Below are positions 1 to 8,594 of a stretch of DNA of 24,000 bases, one piece after another. Source of the DNA: Planctomycetes bacterium B3_Pla (GTDB taxonomy: Bacteria; Planctomycetota; Phycisphaerae; Sedimentisphaerales; Anaerobacaceae); the NCBI GenBank assembly GCA_005223045.1, contig NJBM01000009.1:61732-85731 (forward strand), written 5' to 3'. Below the pieces are notes generated by a model that was given only the letters and a program-made list of their open reading frames with translations, was not told where the DNA came from and did no database searches. How positions within the stretch are numbered: the first letter of the stretch is position 1; every line of letters starts with the position of its first letter. The translations under genes and the position numbers were made by a program.

Positions 1-716
1 GTCCAGGGGCCTGTTGTGTCGAACTCGCGGTGCCATTTCAGGGTCCATAGCTCTTTGACGCCGATTGGCCGGCTGGACCAGTCCATGAAAACGCCGGTCA
101 CGAAACCATGGTGGCGGTTCATGCAGCAGGGCAGGGTGCTGTTCGTCCAGACATCCTCGAATTCGGGGGGACTGCCCATATTCGCCCGGCACGCCCACCA
201 ATAGACGCTGTCGGTCAGCATGGGGATGTTGCCCGCACCTTTGCCGGGAACGGTCTGCCAGTACCTGGCATCGGCATCGGGCCCCGGCACGGATTGGGCC
301 CATATATTCACGCCGTAGCTGCAATCGACCCGCACGCGGCTGGCCGTGCTGCGCAGGGACCAGGCGGCATAAGTGCTGCCGAGATGCCAATTGCTCGAGT
401 CGAGGAACTCGACGGCGGGTTTTTTCGCCGTAGGGCACATGAACAGGTCATTGGTATCGCGGTGGTGGGGCCAGAGATTTTGGAGCTGCTCCGGCCAGGG
501 TTCGGGCGAATCGAGCCAGCCGGGGAACTTTTCGTCGTTGTCGGCGGCGTAAATCGAGAAAATGAGGGTCCACTGCTTTAAGTTGGCCTGACAGCCGATA
601 GTCCTGGCCTGCTCTTTGACCCGCTGTAGCGCCGGCATCAAGATCGCCATCAGCAAAGCGATAATGGCGATCACTACCAGAAGCTCTATCAAGGTAAAGC
701 CGCTCCGTTTACTCAT
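1..716 (-). CDS. Prepilin-type N-terminal cleavage/methylation-domain protein of the DUF1559 / H-X9-DG class; 3' end runs off the window
   Basis: Absent from the ORF track because it stays open to the window edge. My reverse-strand translation from ATG 716..714 reads [49 protein letters not shown]... [10 protein letters not shown] is the classic pilin/pseudopilin processing motif. Near position 1 the same frame reads [39 protein letters not shown], a histidine-x9-Asp tail. There is no stop before position 1. Confidence 0.85.
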   Translation of the reverse strand, partial: MSKRSGFTLIELLVVIAIIALLMAILMPALQRVKEQARTIGCQANLKQWTLIFSIYAADNDEKFPGWLDSPEPWPEQLQNLWPHHRDTNDLFMCPTAKKPAVEFLDSSNWHLGSTYAAWSLRSTASRVRVDCSYGVNIWAQSVPGPDADARYWQTVPGKGAGNIPMLTDSVYWWACRANMGSPPEFEDVWTNSTLPCCMNRHHGFVTGVFMDWSSRPIGVKELWTLKWHREFDTTGPW

Positions 717-923
717 TATGGCGACCCAATCTCTCTACCGGCACAGTTGCGAACCTACATCTGAGCATACATCGTTTGGGGCTGAAAATCAAGGGAAAGT
801 CTGCAAATCCCGATAAAGCCTTGCAAGCGACGCGAATCCTGATAACATAATGCAACGAGGTTGGGTTTCGGGCTATATGATTTGCCGTCTGTTGCTGCGG
901 TTAATCTTAATCAGGAGATCATT

Positions 924-2210
924 ATGAGAACAAAAGACTCAATAACGCGAAGGCAGTTCTTGAAAGGAACCGCGACCGTTGCGAGCGCGACGGTAGCTCT
1001 GCCGGCAATTGTCCCTGCGTCTGTCTTTGGCGCAGGCGCGCCGAGCAATCGAATCGTCATGGGGGCCATCGGCGTCGGCTCACAGGGGACCGGCGACATG
1101 CGGGGTTTCCTGAGCAAGTCGGAAGTGCAGATGGTGGCCGTCTGCGACGTGGACAAGAAACATCGCGACAGCGCCAAAAAGATAGTGGACCAGAAGTACG
1201 GCAACACCGACTGCAAGGCCTACCTCGACTTTCGTGAGTTGATCGGTCGCGGGGACCTCGACGCCGTGCAATTGGCGCTGCCCGATCAGTGGCACGCAAT
1301 CCCCTCTATAGAAGCGGCCCGGGCAGGCCTGGACATCCACGGGCAAAAACCGCTCGCCCGCTCCATCCGCGAAGGACGCGCAATATGCGACGCCGTCCAT
1401 CGTTACGGCAGAGTCTGGCAGACCGGAAGCCAGCAGCGTTCGGACTTCAAGTTCCGGCGGGCGTGTGAGCTGGTGCGAAACGGCCGCATCGGCAAAATCC
1501 TCAAGATAGAAGTGGGCCTGCCGACTGGCGGCGGCACAGACGTCAAACCCATCGTTGAAATTCCCGACGGTCTCGATTGGGACCTCTGGCTCGGCCCCGC
1601 CCCTTACGTTCCATACAGGGGCGTCGTCCACTGGAACTGGCGCTGGATCATGGACTACTCCGGCGGCCAGCTCACAGACTGGGCCGGGCACCATATTGAC
1701 ATCGCCCACTGGGGTATGGGCTGGGACCGCACGGGCCCGGTGGAAATCGAGGGCAAAGGTAACTACCCAAGCGAGGGACTCTATAACGTCGCCACCGAGT
1801 ACAAATTTACATGCAAGTACGCCGACGGCAGGGTAATGACGGTTGCCAACAACCAACAGCTCACGCAGGGCGCCAAATGGTACGGCGAGACCGGATGGAT
1901 ACACGTCAACCGCGGCGGGCTGCGGGCGTCGGATGAGAAGATTCTGAGAGAGGAAATCGGCCCCAACGAAACAAGGCTCTACGAGAGCAGGGACCACAAG
2001 CAAAACTTCCTCGATTGTGTCAAGAGCCGCAAGCTTACGATCTGTCCCGTTGAGGTGGGTCATCGCTCTATCAGCGTGGCTCTGCTCGGCGAGATTGCCA
2101 TGCTCACCGGACGCAAGATCAAATGGGACCCTGAAACAGAACAAATCGCGGGCGACGCCGAGGCAAGCGCACTGCTTGGGCGCTCCTATCGGGAGCCTTG
2201 GGTCCTGTGA
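924..2210 (+). CDS. Gfo/Idh/MocA-family NAD(P)-dependent oxidoreductase with twin-arginine (Tat) signal; ThuB-like or GH109-like
   Basis: ORF 861..2210. I place the start at ATG 924, which is preceded by AGGAG (914-918); the track start is an upstream TTG. The N-terminus MRTKDSITRRQFLKGTATVASATVALPA is a Tat signal. GAIGVGSQGTGDMRGF is a Rossmann GxGxxG motif. The size of about 428 aa is typical of the family. Confidence 0.85.
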   Translation: MRTKDSITRRQFLKGTATVASATVALPAIVPASVFGAGAPSNRIVMGAIGVGSQGTGDMRGFLSKSEVQMVAVCDVDKKHRDSAKKIVDQKYGNTDCKAYLDFRELIGRGDLDAVQLALPDQWHAIPSIEAARAGLDIHGQKPLARSIREGRAICDAVHRYGRVWQTGSQQRSDFKFRRACELVRNGRIGKILKIEVGLPTGGGTDVKPIVEIPDGLDWDLWLGPAPYVPYRGVVHWNWRWIMDYSGGQLTDWAGHHIDIAHWGMGWDRTGPVEIEGKGNYPSEGLYNVATEYKFTCKYADGRVMTVANNQQLTQGAKWYGETGWIHVNRGGLRASDEKILREEIGPNETRLYESRDHKQNFLDCVKSRKLTICPVEVGHRSISVALLGEIAMLTGRKIKWDPETEQIAGDAEASALLGRSYREPWVL

Positions 2211-2251
2211 GCGATACCGAGCAAACAAATCCGAATACAAGGAGCACCATA

Positions 2252-5200
2252 ATGAAAAGGTTCATAACGCTGTTACTCGTGTCCGGCATGGCTTGTATTT
2301 CGCTCTCAGGTGAAGCCTTTGGCGCCGATGAAAACTGGCAGAATCTCTTTGACGGTAAAACGCTCAAGGGCTGGGTCCAGCGCAACGGAAAGGCAAAGTA
2401 CGAAGTTGAAGACGGAATGATCGTCGGGACCACAGTTCTCAATACGCCGAACAGTTTTCTCTGCACAGAGAAGATGTACACCGACTTCATCCTGGAGTTG
2501 GAGTTTCTCGTGGAGCCGGACATGAATTCAGGTATTCAGGTCCGCAGCAACAGCTTCAAGCACTACAAGGACTACCGCGTCCACGGCTACCAGGTCGAAA
2601 TCGATCCGGGCACAGGGCCGTACAAGAAAAGCCCCAAGAACCTGCTGGCCGACGGCCGGCCCGCCCCGGAAACGGCCCCGCGATCCTGGTCTGGCGGTAT
2701 CTATGACGAAGCCCGTCGAGGTTGGCTCAACAACCTGACCGAGAAACCGGCAGCCCGGGCAGCTTTCAAGCAGTCCTTGGGACTCCCTACGGAGAAGCAG
2801 TGGAACCATTATCGCATCGAAGCTGTCGGCGACAGAATAGGGACATGGATCAACGGCATACCCGCAGCCGATTTGAAAGACGACATGACCTCGACAGGTT
2901 TCATTGCCCTTCAGGTTCACGGCTCCAAGAACGCCGGCAAGAAAATCAAGTGGCGCAACATCCGAATCCAGGACCTCACCGGCAAAGAGAAAAAGGAACC
3001 GCTGAAGGCCCTGATCGTTGACGGACAGAACAACCACAACTGGAAGGGCACCACGCCTGTTCTCAAGAGTCTGCTGGAGGAGACAGGCCTGTTCACGGTG
3101 GACGTGGCGACCTCGCCCGCTAAGAAACAGCCGATGGATTCATTCAAGCCGAATTTCGCAAAGTACAACGTAATCGTAGCCAACTACACCGGCGATGAGT
3201 GGCCCAAAGAAACGCAGGATGCACTGGTCGAGTATATGGAAAACGGCGGCGGGCTGGTTGTCTTCCACGCGGCGGACAACGCGTTCCCCAAGTGGAAGGA
3301 ATGGAACGAGATGATCGCCGTCGGTGGGTGGGGCGGCAGAAACGAGAAATCCGGCCCGAAGGTCCGCTACCGCGACGGCAAAGTCGTGCTCGACCCCTCT
3401 CCCGGCCGGGGCGGAAGCCACGGTCCACAGCACGAGTTTCAGATTGTCACCAGGGACCGTCATCATGGTATCACCGCGGGTCTGCCTGAAAAATGGATGC
3501 ATGCAAAGGACGAACTCTACAGCGAGCTGCGAGGCCCGGCTAAGAACATGAAGATTCTTGCAACCGCCTACGCCGACCCGGCAAAGAAAGGCACCGGCGA
3601 GCACGAGCCAATACTGTTCACCGTGCGCTACGGCAAAGGAAGGATCTTTCATACCGTCCTTGGGCACGGCCCCGAGCAGTTGCGCTGCATCGGATTCATC
3701 GTCACCTTCCAGCGCGGCGCCGAGTGGGCCGCCATGGGACGAGTAACCCAAAAGGACGTTCCCGAGGATTTCCCGACCGCCGACAAGGTCAGCCTGCACA
3801 CGGGTCTCTCGGCCGACTACGATGCTATCGAAAGCTACGACTTTGGTAAATCCCGCCGGGGTCTGGCTGCCATCGAAGAAGAAATTCGAAATGTCCCGCC
3901 CTCGTCGTTTCCGCATGTAGAAGAGAAATTACTCAAGGCCCTGGAATCTCCCAAAACAACCTTCGCCGGCAAACAATTCGTCTGCCGGATGCTGCGTCGC
4001 GTCGGCTCGGCCAAGTCTGTGCCCGCTCTGTCGCAGTTACTCGGCGATAAGAAGCTTTCCCACATGGCGCGGTTCGCGCTCCAGCACATGCCGGCGCCGC
4101 AAGCCGGAGTAGCTCTGCGTGCGGCATTGTCAAAGGTCAAGGGCGATCTTCAAATCGGCGTGATTGGATCTATCGGCCAACGGGGCGACCACCAGACAGT
4201 GCCGGCACTCGCAGAACTTGCGACCGGCAGCAATGCCCGTATCGCCCGTGTTGCAATTGACGCTTTGGGGAGAATCGGCGGCTCTCAGACGGCCGATGTA
4301 CTCGCAGAGATCAAAGTGCCGGCAGGGCTGAAGGCGGCGCGTGACAATGCCTACCTGATGTGTGCCGACTCAATGCTGGCCGAGGGACAGAAAAGCGAGG
4401 CCGTGGCGATCTATGGCGAAATGGCCTCGCCGGCCAACAGCACATGGATTCGGATCGCGGCGTACAGAGGCTTCGTCCAGGCCGGCAAAGACCAGGCAGT
4501 GCCTGTTGTCCTGGCCCTTCTCAAAGATAAAGACCTCGACCTGCAGCGCGCCGCGGGTAAGTTCATAACCGAAATGCCGGGCACGGCCGTCACCAAAGCT
4601 CTCGCCGAGCAATTCGGAAACCTCAGTGCCGACGCCCAGATTGTGCTGCTCAGTGCCCTTGAGGCGCGCGGCGATAAAACTGCTGCGCAGTACGTTGCAG
4701 AAGCTGTCACAAGAGGTAACGTGCCCGTTCGCCCTGCCGCGATAAAAGCGCTTGCGGTTCTCGGTGATGCTTCCAACGTCGAATTGCTCGCTACGGCGTC
4801 TGCCGCGGACGACGAAACGGGCAAGGCCGCGATGGACAGTTTAAGCCGGCTCTCCGGCCCGGGTGTTGCCGATGCGTTGGCGGCTGTCGCTGCGCGAAGT
4901 AGCGCCGAAGCGCCGGTCCGGGTTAATGTGATTGAGACACTTGTTAGTCGCGGCGACACCGAAGCGCTGCCAGTATTGTTCGACGTCGCAAAAGACGACA
5001 ACAAAGACATCCGTCAGGCTGCTTACAAGGCCTTGGGAGCATTATCCGGCCAGGATGAGCTTGCGAAAATGACATCAATACTCCTCACAGTCGAAAGCGG
5101 CGAGGACCGTTCCGGCATCGAACGGGCGATGATCGCGACTGTTACACGGCTCGAAGAACCGGACGCCTCTGACGTCATTTTTGGCCTGGGCAAGGCGGGT

Positions 5201-6034
5201 GACGCCGTCAAGCCTCATCTATTGGCCATACTCTCGCGCGTCGGGGGCCGGGAGGCTCTTGATGCTGCTCGCGGCCAACTACTCGTCGACAATGCTGATG
5301 TCAGAAAAGCCGCCATCCGTGCACTGGCCGATTGGCCCAGCGCCGAGCCACTGGCGGACCTGATGAAGATAGCCAAAACGAGCAAGGATTCGACCGAGCA
5401 TGTTCTGGCGCTTCGCGGTTACATCAAACTGCTGGGTATGCCGGCTAATCGCAGCGCGGCCGAGACCGTCGAATTGTTGACCGGTGCGATGGATACCGCA
5501 AGACGAGCCGACGAGAAAAAGGCCGTGCTTGCAGCCTTGTCCGGGTATCCCTGTGAACAGGGATTGGAGATCGCCGAGCGGTCGAAAAAGGATAGCGCCC
5601 TTTTGGCCGAAGCGGAACTGGCCTCAAAGCAGATCAAAGAGGCGCTGCTGAGCAAGAGCCTCAAAGCCACAGCTTCACGCAACAGCAACGCCGCACACCA
5701 AGCCCTGGACGGCAACCAGGCAAGCCGTTGGGATACCGGCAGGGTGATGAAGCCGGGGGATTGGTTCGTCCTGGATCTCGGCATCGAAAGCACGGTCAAA
5801 GGCTTGACTCTCGATACCAGGAATTCGTCAAATGACTACCCTCGCGGCTACGAAGTTTATGTCTCTTTTGACGGCGGCAGTTGGGGCAAATCCATTGTTA
5901 CCGGCAAGGGCGCCGAGCCAATCACAAAGATAAAATTCGACAAACCCGTGAAAACCAGATTCATCAAAATCCTCCAGACAGGCTCATCCGATAGTTGGCA
6001 CTGGTCAATCCATGAGCTGGCTGTCGATCTCTAA
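2252..6034 (+). CDS. Exported multidomain protein: signal peptide, DUF1080 (3-keto-disaccharide hydrolase-like lectin fold), ThuA-like domain, long HEAT/PBS-lyase-type repeat region, C-terminal F5/8 type C (discoidin, CBM32-like) domain
   Basis: ORF 2198..6034. Likely start is ATG 2252 after AAGGAG (2239-2244). Signal peptide: MKRFITLLLVSGMACISLSGEAFGA. DUF1080 hallmarks span about 2330-2980: WQNLFDGKTLKGW...GYQVEID...WNHYRIEAVGDRI...GFIALQVHG...IKWRNIRIQDL. The ThuA-like region spans about 3005-3745: KALIVDGQNNHNW...GGGLVVFHAADNAF...RYGKGRIFHTVLGHG...GAEWAA. An Ala/Leu-rich repeat region with repeated ALGRIGG / ALAVLGD / ALGALSG units spans about 3850-5600. The discoidin tail spans about 5660-6031: ALDGNQASRWDTG...WFVLDLG...YEVYVSFDGGSW...WSIHELAV. 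Confidence 0.85.
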   Translation: MKRFITLLLVSGMACISLSGEAFGADENWQNLFDGKTLKGWVQRNGKAKYEVEDGMIVGTTVLNTPNSFLCTEKMYTDFILELEFLVEPDMNSGIQVRSNSFKHYKDYRVHGYQVEIDPGTGPYKKSPKNLLADGRPAPETAPRSWSGGIYDEARRGWLNNLTEKPAARAAFKQSLGLPTEKQWNHYRIEAVGDRIGTWINGIPAADLKDDMTSTGFIALQVHGSKNAGKKIKWRNIRIQDLTGKEKKEPLKALIVDGQNNHNWKGTTPVLKSLLEETGLFTVDVATSPAKKQPMDSFKPNFAKYNVIVANYTGDEWPKETQDALVEYMENGGGLVVFHAADNAFPKWKEWNEMIAVGGWGGRNEKSGPKVRYRDGKVVLDPSPGRGGSHGPQHEFQIVTRDRHHGITAGLPEKWMHAKDELYSELRGPAKNMKILATAYADPAKKGTGEHEPILFTVRYGKGRIFHTVLGHGPEQLRCIGFIVTFQRGAEWAAMGRVTQKDVPEDFPTADKVSLHTGLSADYDAIESYDFGKSRRGLAAIEEEIRNVPPSSFPHVEEKLLKALESPKTTFAGKQFVCRMLRRVGSAKSVPALSQLLGDKKLSHMARFALQHMPAPQAGVALRAALSKVKGDLQIGVIGSIGQRGDHQTVPALAELATGSNARIARVAIDALGRIGGSQTADVLAEIKVPAGLKAARDNAYLMCADSMLAEGQKSEAVAIYGEMASPANSTWIRIAAYRGFVQAGKDQAVPVVLALLKDKDLDLQRAAGKFITEMPGTAVTKALAEQFGNLSADAQIVLLSALEARGDKTAAQYVAEAVTRGNVPVRPAAIKALAVLGDASNVELLATASAADDETGKAAMDSLSRLSGPGVADALAAVAARSSAEAPVRVNVIETLVSRGDTEALPVLFDVAKDDNKDIRQAAYKALGALSGQDELAKMTSILLTVESGEDRSGIERAMIATVTRLEEPDASDVIFGLGKAGDAVKPHLLAILSRVGGREALDAARGQLLVDNADVRKAAIRALADWPSAEPLADLMKIAKTSKDSTEHVLALRGYIKLLGMPANRSAAETVELLTGAMDTARRADEKKAVLAALSGYPCEQGLEIAERSKKDSALLAEAELASKQIKEALLSKSLKATASRNSNAAHQALDGNQASRWDTGRVMKPGDWFVLDLGIESTVKGLTLDTRNSSNDYPRGYEVYVSFDGGSWGKSIVTGKGAEPITKIKFDKPVKTRFIKILQTGSSDSWHWSIHELAVDL

Positions 6035-7431
6035 CCGGGGGCTCTGCCGTTTTTTTGCCGGGCGGCCCTGATGCTCCGCTTGTTGGCGACCACAAAGGCG
6101 ATGAGATTGCAGAATACGCCGATTGCCAGGCCTTCGATACCTGCCGGCGCTTTCAAGAGGTGGTTCCAAACCAGTGCTCCAATTGCGCCGGCTATTGTTC
6201 CGGCCATGAATCCTGCTCTGGTGACACCGAATCCCAGGAGCACTGCCGCCAGCGGAACGACTATGACCGGCGCCCAAAAGTCGTAGGCGTAAAATAAAAT
6301 GTCGAGGACAGAGTCAATCTTGATAGCGAAAACGACGGCGAGAATTCCTACAAAACAATTTGTGAGTTTGGCCAACAACAACTCTTGTTGCTCGGGCAGA
6401 GGATTCCTCCGTAAAGGTTTGACCAGGTCGTTAATGCCGCAGGTGGCTGCCGCGTTTAGAAAGGAGTCGGCCGAAGACATTACGACCGAGATTACTCCGG
6501 CGATGACGACGCCCCGAATCCCGGCAGGCAGCACCGTACGGATGACATAGGGCATAGACAGGTTGGGATCTAACTTCGGATCAAGCGTCAGAGCCACCAG
6601 TCCGATAGCGCCCGTAATCGCAAAGAACGGGATCGAAAAGAAACCGCTGAGCATCGTGCCGCGGGCCGTATGTCCGGCGTCCTTGCCGATGAACAGGCGT
6701 TGCACATAGGGGGGCACGAGTGTTTCGCCCAACAGAAACGTCAGGAACAGCGATACGAAAGCGCCGATTGTCATCGCCTCGCCTGGGATTGAGAAATGAG
6801 CCGGGGGCACGGCCGCCTTTATAGCGGAGAAGCCGCCCAGCTTAATTAAGCCAAAGACAAGCGCTGCCGGCAGCCCGACGGCAAGCACGCAGAATTGGAT
6901 GACGTCTGTCAGCACCACCGCTCTCATGCCGCCTACTGTTGAATAGGCGATAACGATGCCGCAGCCGATAAGGATGCCCCAGATCGGTTCGATGCCGAGA
7001 AATACGTTGAAGATGACTCCCATTGCTTTAACCTGGGCGCCAACAATCGCCGAACAAAGGAAGACCGAAAAGAACCCGGAGATAATTCTTGCCGCCTTTC
7101 CGTAGCCCCGCTCGATGATGTCACCCACTGAGATAAGGCCCGCGAAATTGTCCATCCTTGGCGCTATATATTTGGCGACGAGGATCTCTTTGAGGCTGAA
7201 TCCCCAAAGAGCAACGATGTTTACGATGCCGAAACGGAAGACTTTTTCTGCATTGCCTATTGAGAATCCTCCGCCGATGAACGATGCCGAAAGAGTGGCG
7301 AAAATCACTAACGAGCCGTACGATCTATGGGAGACAGAGAAGTCCCGCAGGCTTTTCATGCCCCTACCGCTCCACAATCCCACACAGAGGATCACGCTTA
7401 GGTAAAGGATGATTATCGCCGAATCCAACAT
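6031..7431 (-). CDS. Sodium:solute symporter (SSS) family transporter
   Basis: A 466-aa, highly hydrophobic ORF. The N-terminus MLDSAIIILYLSVILCVGLWSGRGMKSLRDFSVSHRSYGSLVIFATLSASFIGGGFSIG is typical of the SSS family. There are many predicted TM helices. Its ATG (7431..7429) overlaps the upstream gene's TAA by one base (TAATG). Confidence 0.85.
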   Translation of the reverse strand: MLDSAIIILYLSVILCVGLWSGRGMKSLRDFSVSHRSYGSLVIFATLSASFIGGGFSIGNAEKVFRFGIVNIVALWGFSLKEILVAKYIAPRMDNFAGLISVGDIIERGYGKAARIISGFFSVFLCSAIVGAQVKAMGVIFNVFLGIEPIWGILIGCGIVIAYSTVGGMRAVVLTDVIQFCVLAVGLPAALVFGLIKLGGFSAIKAAVPPAHFSIPGEAMTIGAFVSLFLTFLLGETLVPPYVQRLFIGKDAGHTARGTMLSGFFSIPFFAITGAIGLVALTLDPKLDPNLSMPYVIRTVLPAGIRGVVIAGVISVVMSSADSFLNAAATCGINDLVKPLRRNPLPEQQELLLAKLTNCFVGILAVVFAIKIDSVLDILFYAYDFWAPVIVVPLAAVLLGFGVTRAGFMAGTIAGAIGALVWNHLLKAPAGIEGLAIGVFCNLIAFVVANKRSIRAARQKNGRAPG

Positions 7432-8435
7432 TATCGAACCGCCGTCTCGGTGAAGAATGCAATCGGAGGAACGTCCCCCATAGTTTTCAGCCCGGGGGTG
7501 GCCTGCAGGACAGACCTTACTGCATTAAGAGTGATGGCGCATGTGGCGATGTCGCCATTGACACCTCCTGCGATTCTCGATTTAATTGCAGGCTCGCCGT
7601 CGATATGGACCTGGTCGTATGATTCGGGCTCGCCCACCGCGGCCCTGAAATTCAACGTGATGACTTCTCTATCGCCCACATAGCCCCTGCCGACCTGATG
7701 TACTCCACGCGCCATACCTTTGGAAATCGGCTTGTATCCGCTGTCGATTTGCGTCTCGGCAATTACCGGTTCGAGGGTCTCCTCGTTGCGATCGAGCTTC
7801 CAGCCGAGCCTGTCGGCGACAAAACTCACCGATTCTGGCAGACCTACGTGTCTCAGTGAGCCGTCATTCTTCCTGGCCTCGAATTCTTCCAGCGTCAGGC
7901 CGGCGCCTATTTTCTGCTGGAATGGAATTCGGCGGACAGAAGCATCCTGAACTCGCCAAACTTCTACTTTCTCGACGTTCTGGCACAGACCGGTCAGAAC
8001 TGTCGGAAGAAAGTCCATCAGGTATCCCGGATTGACACCTGTGCCAAGGCAGACGATGCCGTTAGCACGGCATATCTCGTCTATTCGCCCGGCGACTTCC
8101 GGATTCGTACTCCACGGGTAAGAGAGTTCTTCGCACGTGGAGACAATATTGAGCTTGGCCTCGGCAAGCTCCCGGACCTGGCTCTCGAGGGAGACAATGC
8201 TGCTGACGGTAGTAAGCAGCGCAGCCTCAACGGGCTTTCCCGCTGTTGCCTCGCCAGGGTTATCGCAAACGGTGACTCCGAGCGGATCGATGCCGCACAA
8301 TTCACCGAGATCTTTGCCCGCCTTGTCGGGATCGGTGTCGACAGCTCCGACGATGTTGAAACACCCTCGCTCTACTGCGTACCTGACGATCTTCTGTCCG
8401 AGCGGACCAATTCCTACGTGAACCGTATTTATCAT
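7431..8435 (-). CDS. DapB-like NAD(P)-binding dehydrogenase, resembling 2,4-diaminopentanoate dehydrogenase / native amine dehydrogenase family
   Basis: ORF 7431..8495. I place the start at ATG 8435 (MINTVHVGIGPLGQKIV...), preceded by AGGAAAGGA. The N-terminal GxGxxG Rossmann motif and the length of about 334 aa fit the dihydrodipicolinate-reductase-like amine dehydrogenase group. The subfamily call is from memory of that family, not from a search. Confidence 0.55.
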   Translation of the reverse strand: MINTVHVGIGPLGQKIVRYAVERGCFNIVGAVDTDPDKAGKDLGELCGIDPLGVTVCDNPGEATAGKPVEAALLTTVSSIVSLESQVRELAEAKLNIVSTCEELSYPWSTNPEVAGRIDEICRANGIVCLGTGVNPGYLMDFLPTVLTGLCQNVEKVEVWRVQDASVRRIPFQQKIGAGLTLEEFEARKNDGSLRHVGLPESVSFVADRLGWKLDRNEETLEPVIAETQIDSGYKPISKGMARGVHQVGRGYVGDREVITLNFRAAVGEPESYDQVHIDGEPAIKSRIAGGVNGDIATCAITLNAVRSVLQATPGLKTMGDVPPIAFFTETAVR

Positions 8436-8594
8436 TTGTGTAAGTCCTTTCCTGTTTTGAAACCGTATCGAGAACGTATAGTACCCGGCGGACATGGTCC
8501 GTGCAAGTCTCTTGCATTACTCCTTTGCAACAGTTACTATCGTACAGGATTTGTGTTTGTGGAAGTCCGGGGATCCTTATGAGTGTAGGCTAAA

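Noticed and set aside
108-581. 157-aa plus-strand ORF
   Set aside because: It lies entirely antisense to the well-supported DUF1559 prepilin-like gene. It is Gly/Ala/Pro/Arg-rich with low complexity, as expected for a shadow frame in GC-rich coding DNA, and I recognise no motif.
821-850. TTGCAA...TAACAT / CATAAT hexamers upstream of the first oxidoreductase gene, considered as a promoter
   Set aside because: The spacing is ambiguous (16 or 19 nt) and the -10 match is poor, so it is not strong enough to report as a feature.
1080-2240. 386-aa minus-strand ORF, plus the smaller ORFs 911..1216, 1057..1299, 1555..1836 and 1781..1966
   Set aside because: All overlap the Gfo/Idh/MocA gene, which has clear family motifs. 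The antisense and off-frame products are Arg/Pro/Ala-rich shadow ORFs.
2528-5799. Multiple 60-260-aa ORFs on both strands inside the giant gene, for example 2528..3037, 3140..3916, 4411..5010 and 5419..5799
   Set aside because: They are nested in the 2252..6034 CDS, whose four domains are recognisable end to end. None has a plausible SD or a known motif.
8436-8594. Short repeats in the divergent intergenic region: CGTAT twice 11 nt apart at 8464-8479, and ATAGTA/TACTAT inverted about 50 nt apart, considered as operator sites
   Set aside because: The motifs are 5-6 nt long and imperfect, which is well within chance expectation for 159 nt. No regulator gene is adjacent.
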